Below are positions 59,191 through 64,000 of a DNA stretch of 64,000 nucleotides, in pieces. Both the position numbers and the translations under genes were made by a program. Within the stretch, counting starts at the first letter, position 1, and every line of letters starts with the position of its first letter. The stretch is from an uncultured Synechococcus sp. (GTDB lineage: Bacteria; Cyanobacteriota; Cyanobacteriia; PCC-6307; Cyanobiaceae): NCBI GenBank assembly GCA_913048995.1, contig CAJWXK010000001.1, positions 8,230-72,229 on the forward strand, written 5' to 3'. The notes under the pieces were generated by a model that ran no database searches, had not been told where the DNA came from, and saw nothing but the letters and a program-made list of their open reading frames with translations.

Positions 59191-60588
59191 ATGACCTCGT
59201 TTCAGCTGCGTCACACATTGCCGCTCTTCTTGCTTGGACTGCCGCTCACAGCACAGGTGGCCATGGCCAGCGGCCTTGAAGATCTTTTGAACAGTATTGA
59301 GCAGGAGTCACTGCAGCGGCTTGATGCCGGCAGCAACGATGAAGCCCTCTCTCGATCCGACCTTGAATCTGCAGAATCAGAAGAGGTCGTGACTGCCCCA
59401 GTGCTGACACCACCGCCGGCTCTCGCTCCGATGGGCCTTCCGATTCAGCACGCCAAAACCTCCTGTCCAGCCTTACAGCAGCAAATCCTTGCCGCCCTCG
59501 GTGCTGAAAAAAGCGCCTGGAGCGTCACCGTCGTTAACAGCCATGGCCGTGTGCTCGCCGATGTCAATGGCGACCGTTCACGGATTCCTGCTTCAAACCA
59601 AAAGCTCGTCAGCACCGCAATCGCCATCGATCGCCTGGGACCGGATCATCGGATCCGCACCGAGCTATGGCAGCTGCCTGACGGAACATTGCGCCTGCAA
59701 GGCGGTGGCGACCCCACATTTGGATTCAGTGGACTTCGCCGTTTTGCCAAACTTGCAGCTGGATCTGGCGGTAGCAGCGGCAACCCAACCAATACACCGG
59801 TCAAGCTGCAACTCGAGGAAGAACCAGCCACCAGTTGGTGGCCAAGCGGCTGGACCAAACCTGATCGTCAATACGCCTATGGGGCCCCCATTACCCGGCT
59901 CGCGTTGACCTCCAATGCCCTGGATATGTCAGTTCGCAATCCTCCCCAGAGGATGCAGCGACTACTGAGCCGCGAAATCAGTCGAAACGGTCGCAAGGCG
60001 CAAGTCAGCACGGTTCCTGCCGGCACCCCAGAGCCTGCAGGGAGCGTGCTGCTCTTCAGCGAGTCATCAAAGTCCATGCATCACCTGATGAGCCTTGCCA
60101 ATGGTGAAAGTCACAATTTCACCGCAGAGGTTCTGCTCCGCGAAGGCACCGGTTCCTGGCGTCTGCGTGAAGCTCAGGGACGAGCACTGAACTGGTTACG
60201 TCAACAAGGAATTCAGGTCAATGGTGTCCGGGTTGCTGACGGATCCGGCCTTGATCGCGGTAATCGTCTGACTAGCCAAATGCTCACAGCCTTACTTCTT
60301 CGTATGGAGCAGCACCCCTATGCCAAGAACTATTTTGCGAGCATGGCAGTGGCGGGTGAGCGAGGCACCCTCCGTTACTACTTTCCAGGTTCACGGTTAA
60401 AGGGCAGATTTGCTGGCAAAACCGGCACGATTCGTGGTGTCAAGGCCGTCTCAGGTCGCTTGAGCACACCTCAAGGTCCTTTGTACGTGAGCATGATCGC
60501 CAACGGGTCCTATGGACCTGTAGCCAGGATGAGGAGAATGCTTGAGGCAAGCGACAAATACAGTGCATGCCTACCGGTTCCTCTTTGA
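59191..60588 (+). CDS. dacB: D-Ala-D-Ala carboxypeptidase/endopeptidase (PBP4)
   Basis: PASNQK (SxxK), SHN, DGSGL, KTG. Confidence 0.93.
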   Translation: MTSFQLRHTLPLFLLGLPLTAQVAMASGLEDLLNSIEQESLQRLDAGSNDEALSRSDLESAESEEVVTAPVLTPPPALAPMGLPIQHAKTSCPALQQQILAALGAEKSAWSVTVVNSHGRVLADVNGDRSRIPASNQKLVSTAIAIDRLGPDHRIRTELWQLPDGTLRLQGGGDPTFGFSGLRRFAKLAAGSGGSSGNPTNTPVKLQLEEEPATSWWPSGWTKPDRQYAYGAPITRLALTSNALDMSVRNPPQRMQRLLSREISRNGRKAQVSTVPAGTPEPAGSVLLFSESSKSMHHLMSLANGESHNFTAEVLLREGTGSWRLREAQGRALNWLRQQGIQVNGVRVADGSGLDRGNRLTSQMLTALLLRMEQHPYAKNYFASMAVAGERGTLRYYFPGSRLKGRFAGKTGTIRGVKAVSGRLSTPQGPLYVSMIANGSYGPVARMRRMLEASDKYSACLPVPL

Positions 60589-60848
60589 GCCCAGCAACTT
60601 GAAGTCGGATGGGGCTCATTGGGATGAGAGGTGAAATTCTGCCGGTTCAGATCACATATTTGATCTTCAAAGCATCAGAGCACTGAAGCAGGTGTCGATC
60701 TGTTAATCAGCTCCTGACAGAACTTGCAGTCCTATGAGGAGGTCTAAAGGGGAAATTATGCCGTTAAGCAGTCAAACAAGACTAGACAGACCTTTGAAAA
60801 GTGATGAGTAGTTCGTTTGCTCACAGCAGAGGCTTAACTCGGAGCAGA

Positions 60849-60874
60849 GGCGACGGCAGTGATCGACCGTCGCC
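60849..60874. terminator. GC-rich hairpin between convergent genes
   Basis: GGCGACGG-N10-CCGTCGCC perfect 8-bp stem; no clear U tract. Confidence 0.35.
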
Positions 60875-60911
60875 AGATGGAACTGGTAGTGATTTCAGTG
60901 GAAACAGAACC

Positions 60912-61841
60912 TCAGCGCTTCCCTCCAGCTGCCTCTTTGATCCGCCCAGCTGATCGGCGGCTGCGGTTGATTGAGACTGTCTTGGAATCTGTTGCAGGCT
61001 GTGTGGTCTCAACATCAGTGCTCTGCAAACGGATCAGCTCGCGGCGGCCGCCAATGACAACCTTGGCCAATTCTTGAAGACGGCTGTCGAGCTCCCCTAG
61101 TACCTGCTCGGCATAACGATTGGCACCTTGCTGCACGGTGGAGGCCTCTTGGCGGCTCCGCTGCATCAGAGATTCAGCCTGTTGTTGCGTGCTCTGACGA
61201 AAAGCGAGAGCTTCCTGGCGAACACGCTCGGCCTCGTTCTGGGTTTCAGCCTGCAGTCGAGCGGCTTCTTGGCGAATTTGCTCAAGTTCCTTGAGACATT
61301 GCTGACGATTCCTCTCGTGGGTCTCTGCCTGGGTGCGCTTGAGCTGTTGATGCTCCTGATCGAGTTGCTGAAAACGAGTGGCAGCCTCTTGTTCCATCTT
61401 TTGGCGACGCTGTGCAAGCTGCTGCTCCATCTGTGCCATAGCGCTCTGATGCTCCTGCTCAGCGCTTGCGATCTGGCGTCGGGTCTGAAGAAGAAGCTGC
61501 TCACCTTGCTGACGAGCCTGTTCACGCAGATCAGTGCATTGACGTTCCGCTTCCTGACGGATGCTCGAGCTGTTAATGAGAGATTCACGCTCACGTCTTG
61601 CGTGGTTGATGATCTCCTCTGCCTGTTTGCGGGCCTGATCGAGGAAAGCTTCGCGCTGGCGGAGCAAGTCAACAGCCCGTTCCAATTCTTTGGGGAGTGA
61701 CTGACGGACTGCATCGAGAATTTCCACCGCATCCTGTTCATTCACCAGGCGACCTCCCGAAAAGGGAACCCGGGTGCCTTCAAGCACGATCTCCTCGAGC
61801 TGGTCGAGTTGTTCCAGTACCTCGAAACGTGCCTGAGTCAT
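60912..61841 (-). CDS. DivIVA-like coiled-coil protein (Cdv3-like)
   Basis: LDQLEEIVLEGTRVPFSG, long coiled coil, GANRYA; downstream of coaD. Confidence 0.75.
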   Translation of the reverse strand: MTQARFEVLEQLDQLEEIVLEGTRVPFSGGRLVNEQDAVEILDAVRQSLPKELERAVDLLRQREAFLDQARKQAEEIINHARRERESLINSSSIRQEAERQCTDLREQARQQGEQLLLQTRRQIASAEQEHQSAMAQMEQQLAQRRQKMEQEAATRFQQLDQEHQQLKRTQAETHERNRQQCLKELEQIRQEAARLQAETQNEAERVRQEALAFRQSTQQQAESLMQRSRQEASTVQQGANRYAEQVLGELDSRLQELAKVVIGGRRELIRLQSTDVETTQPATDSKTVSINRSRRSAGRIKEAAGGKR

Positions 61842-61855
61842 TGCCAACGACCTAA

Positions 61856-62341
61856 TTAACCAACTGGCCGATTAAACAACCTGTGGAGATCTCCTGCCAC
61901 CGCAGCCGGAACCATGTGCTGCACATCGCCCCCAAAACGTGCGACCTCTTTGACGACGCTGCTACTGAGAAAGCTGTAATTCACTGCGGTGGCCATGAAC
62001 AGCGTGTCCACCTGAGCAGAGAGAGAAGCGTTGGTGTGGGCCAGTTGCAACTCGAATTCAAAGTCACTCAGGGCTCGCAGGCCGCGCAAGATCACACGTG
62101 CCTGCTGCTGCAGAGCAAAATCGACCGTCAGGCCCTCAAAGCTCGTGACCTTCACCTGGGGGAGATGGCTTGTGGCTTGAGTCAGCTGCATCAACCTTTG
62201 CTCAAGCGGAAAGCACGGCTCTTTGTTGGGATTGCGAAGCACAGCGACGATCACGACGTCGAAAAGCCCACTGGCCCGTTGAATCAGATCCAGATGGCCA
62301 AAGGTGACGGGATCGAAGCTGCCCGGGTAGAGGGCGCGCAT
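61856..62341 (-). CDS. coaD: phosphopantetheine adenylyltransferase
   Basis: YPGSFDP.T.GH, RGLR..SDFE.E, SSS.VKE. Confidence 0.97.
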   Translation of the reverse strand: MRALYPGSFDPVTFGHLDLIQRASGLFDVVIVAVLRNPNKEPCFPLEQRLMQLTQATSHLPQVKVTSFEGLTVDFALQQQARVILRGLRALSDFEFELQLAHTNASLSAQVDTLFMATAVNYSFLSSSVVKEVARFGGDVQHMVPAAVAGDLHRLFNRPVG

Positions 62342-62379
62342 GGGCGATTGGTTCGGTCTCCTTAGAGTGACGTAACGGG

Positions 62380-64000
62380 TTGAAGGTGGGCACGATTTCG
62401 GCTGTCGGTACGGTCAAACAGCCGCTGGTGCAAGAGCCTGAACGGCTAGACGCTCTGCTCAAGGCTCTTCCATCCGAACCAGGCTGCTATTTGATGCGCG
62501 ATGGGGAGGACCGAATCCTCTACATCGGCAAATCGAAGAAGCTGCGGAGCAGGGTCCGCAGTTATTTCCGGGACGGACAGCAGATCAGTCCGCGCATCAG
62601 CCTGATGGTTCGGCAGGTGGTAGAGATCGAGTTCATCGTCACTGACAGTGAAGCTGAGGCGTTAGCACTTGAGTCAAACCTGATCAAGAACCATCAGCCG
62701 CACTTCAATGTGCTGCTCAAGGACGACAAGAAATACCCCTATCTCTGCATTACCTGGAGCGAGGCTTACCCGAGGATTTTCATTACCCGGCGACGGCGCT
62801 TCCGAAGTCCATTGGATCGCTTCTATGGGCCCTACGTCGATGTCGGCCTACTGCGCCGCACGCTATTTGTCGTAAAGCGTGTCTTCCCACTACGGCAGCG
62901 GCCTCAGCCCCTTCATAAGGACCGCACCTGTTTGAACTACGACATTGGACGCTGCCCTGGGGTCTGTCAGCAGAAGGTCAGCCCTGATGACTACCAGCAG
63001 ACCCTGCGCAAGGTCGCCATGGTGTTCCAGGGTCGAAATGAAGAACTTTTGCAGCTGCTCAACGAGCAGATGCTTCGTTATGCCGAGCGGCTGGATTTTG
63101 AAGCCGCTGCACGAGTGCGCGATCAGCTCCAGGGCCTTGAGCTGCTGACCGCCGATCAAAAAGTCGCACTGCCAGATGCCCAGGTCAGCCGAGATGTAAT
63201 CGCTTTGGCGGCTGATGAACGCGTTGCTGCAGTGCAGCTTTTCCAAGTACGCGCGGGCAAATTAGTGGGCCGTCTGGGATATACCGCCGATGCGGAAGCT
63301 GCTGCCCCTGGATCGATCCTTCAACACGTCCTTGAGGAGCACTACAGCCAGGTTGATCCGGTGGAAATACCTCCTGAGGTCCTGCTCCAGCACACGCTGC
63401 CGGAGCAGGACCTACTGGAGGCATGGTTGCGTCAACGACGTGGCCGCAAGGTCACTCTGCAGAAGCCTCAACGTCAGCAAAAGGCTGATTTGATCGACAT
63501 GGTGGTTCGTAACGCCACCTATGAGCTGGAACGTGCGCAGCGCGGAGCCGAACAACAGCAGCTGTCAATGGAGGACCTTGCCCAGCTGCTTGATCTGGAC
63601 CATCCACCGCGGAGGATTGAGGGGTATGACATCAGTCATATCCAAGGGAGTGATGCCGTTGCCTCTCAGGTTGTCTTCGTCGATGGCCTGCCCGCCAAGC
63701 AGCACTACCGCAAGTACAAAATCCGCAGCAGCAGCATCTCGGCCGGTCACAGCGATGATTTCATGGCAATGGCAGAAATCATGCGCCGGCGTTTTCGGCG
63801 GTGGAGCCAAGCGAAAGCGGAAGGGGCGAGCATCGCGGAGCTTCGAAAACGACCAGGTACCGCATTGCAGACCGATGGCCTGACCGATTGGCCTGATGTG
63901 GTGATGATTGACGGGGGTAAAGGCCAGCTCTCGGCGGTCATGGAAGCCCTACGGGAACTGGATTTAGCCAATGAGCTAGTGGTCTGCTCACTGGCCAAAC
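62380..64000 (+). CDS. uvrC: excinuclease ABC subunit C (3' end beyond window; absent from ORF track)
   Basis: hand translation: PSEPGCYLM...YIGKSK (GIY-YIG), [22 protein letters not shown]; start 62380 or 62386. Confidence 0.96.
   Translation, partial: MKVGTISAVGTVKQPLVQEPERLDALLKALPSEPGCYLMRDGEDRILYIGKSKKLRSRVRSYFRDGQQISPRISLMVRQVVEIEFIVTDSEAEALALESNLIKNHQPHFNVLLKDDKKYPYLCITWSEAYPRIFITRRRRFRSPLDRFYGPYVDVGLLRRTLFVVKRVFPLRQRPQPLHKDRTCLNYDIGRCPGVCQQKVSPDDYQQTLRKVAMVFQGRNEELLQLLNEQMLRYAERLDFEAAARVRDQLQGLELLTADQKVALPDAQVSRDVIALAADERVAAVQLFQVRAGKLVGRLGYTADAEAAAPGSILQHVLEEHYSQVDPVEIPPEVLLQHTLPEQDLLEAWLRQRRGRKVTLQKPQRQQKADLIDMVVRNATYELERAQRGAEQQQLSMEDLAQLLDLDHPPRRIEGYDISHIQGSDAVASQVVFVDGLPAKQHYRKYKIRSSSISAGHSDDFMAMAEIMRRRFRRWSQAKAEGASIAELRKRPGTALQTDGLTDWPDVVMIDGGKGQLSAVMEALRELDLANELVVCSLAK

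Noticed and set aside
60589-60911. 320-nt spacer as tRNA, sRNA or small ORF (MRRSKGEIMPL...)
   Set aside because: No cloverleaf or known motif; only isolated hairpins.
62890-63998. Several short ORFs in the track
   Set aside because: All overlap uvrC, which runs off the window end.
1-64000. CRISPR arrays, IS elements, integrases, tRNA/rRNA
   Set aside because: No repeat-spacer pattern, transposase or integrase motifs, or structural RNA signatures seen by eye.

Overview
About 64 kb of a marine picocyanobacterial chromosome (Synechococcus/Cyanobium type, judged from gene content, synteny and roughly 55-60% GC by eye). Positions 1-5300 are a lower-GC island edge (MFS transporter, guanine deaminase, BBE-like FAD oxidoreductase), followed by a decayed ACR3 arsenite exporter and an intact chrA. 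Next is a core block (lepB, menD-menB, two L,D-transpeptidases, glgA, murF, glmU, mnmD-like, aroA, ubiD, comB, amidase, murI, sds). An accessory-rich middle holds an SbcD/YhaN-like pair, a Rieske-fibrillin operon, a DEAD-box helicase, a kinase-DOMON-DUF1460-VUT cluster, a CDF transporter, a photolyase and many small genes. A second core block closes the window (leuS, hfq, dapF, cysteine desulfurase, dacB, cdv3-like, coaD, uvrC truncated by the edge). I saw no tRNA, rRNA, CRISPR array or transposase. Best leads: (1) a 63-aa NblA-like gene with a near-perfect HLR1/RpaB site just upstream; (2) an NtcA box + glutamine-II riboswitch + YRG-motif small protein module; (3) a candidate peptidoglycan-fragment salvage operon; (4) a DEAD-box helicase that appears to need an ATT start; (5) a LexA-like box before the SbcD/YhaN pair; (6) a 4-Cys domain fused to DapF. 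All family calls come from recognising motifs by eye; no searches were run.
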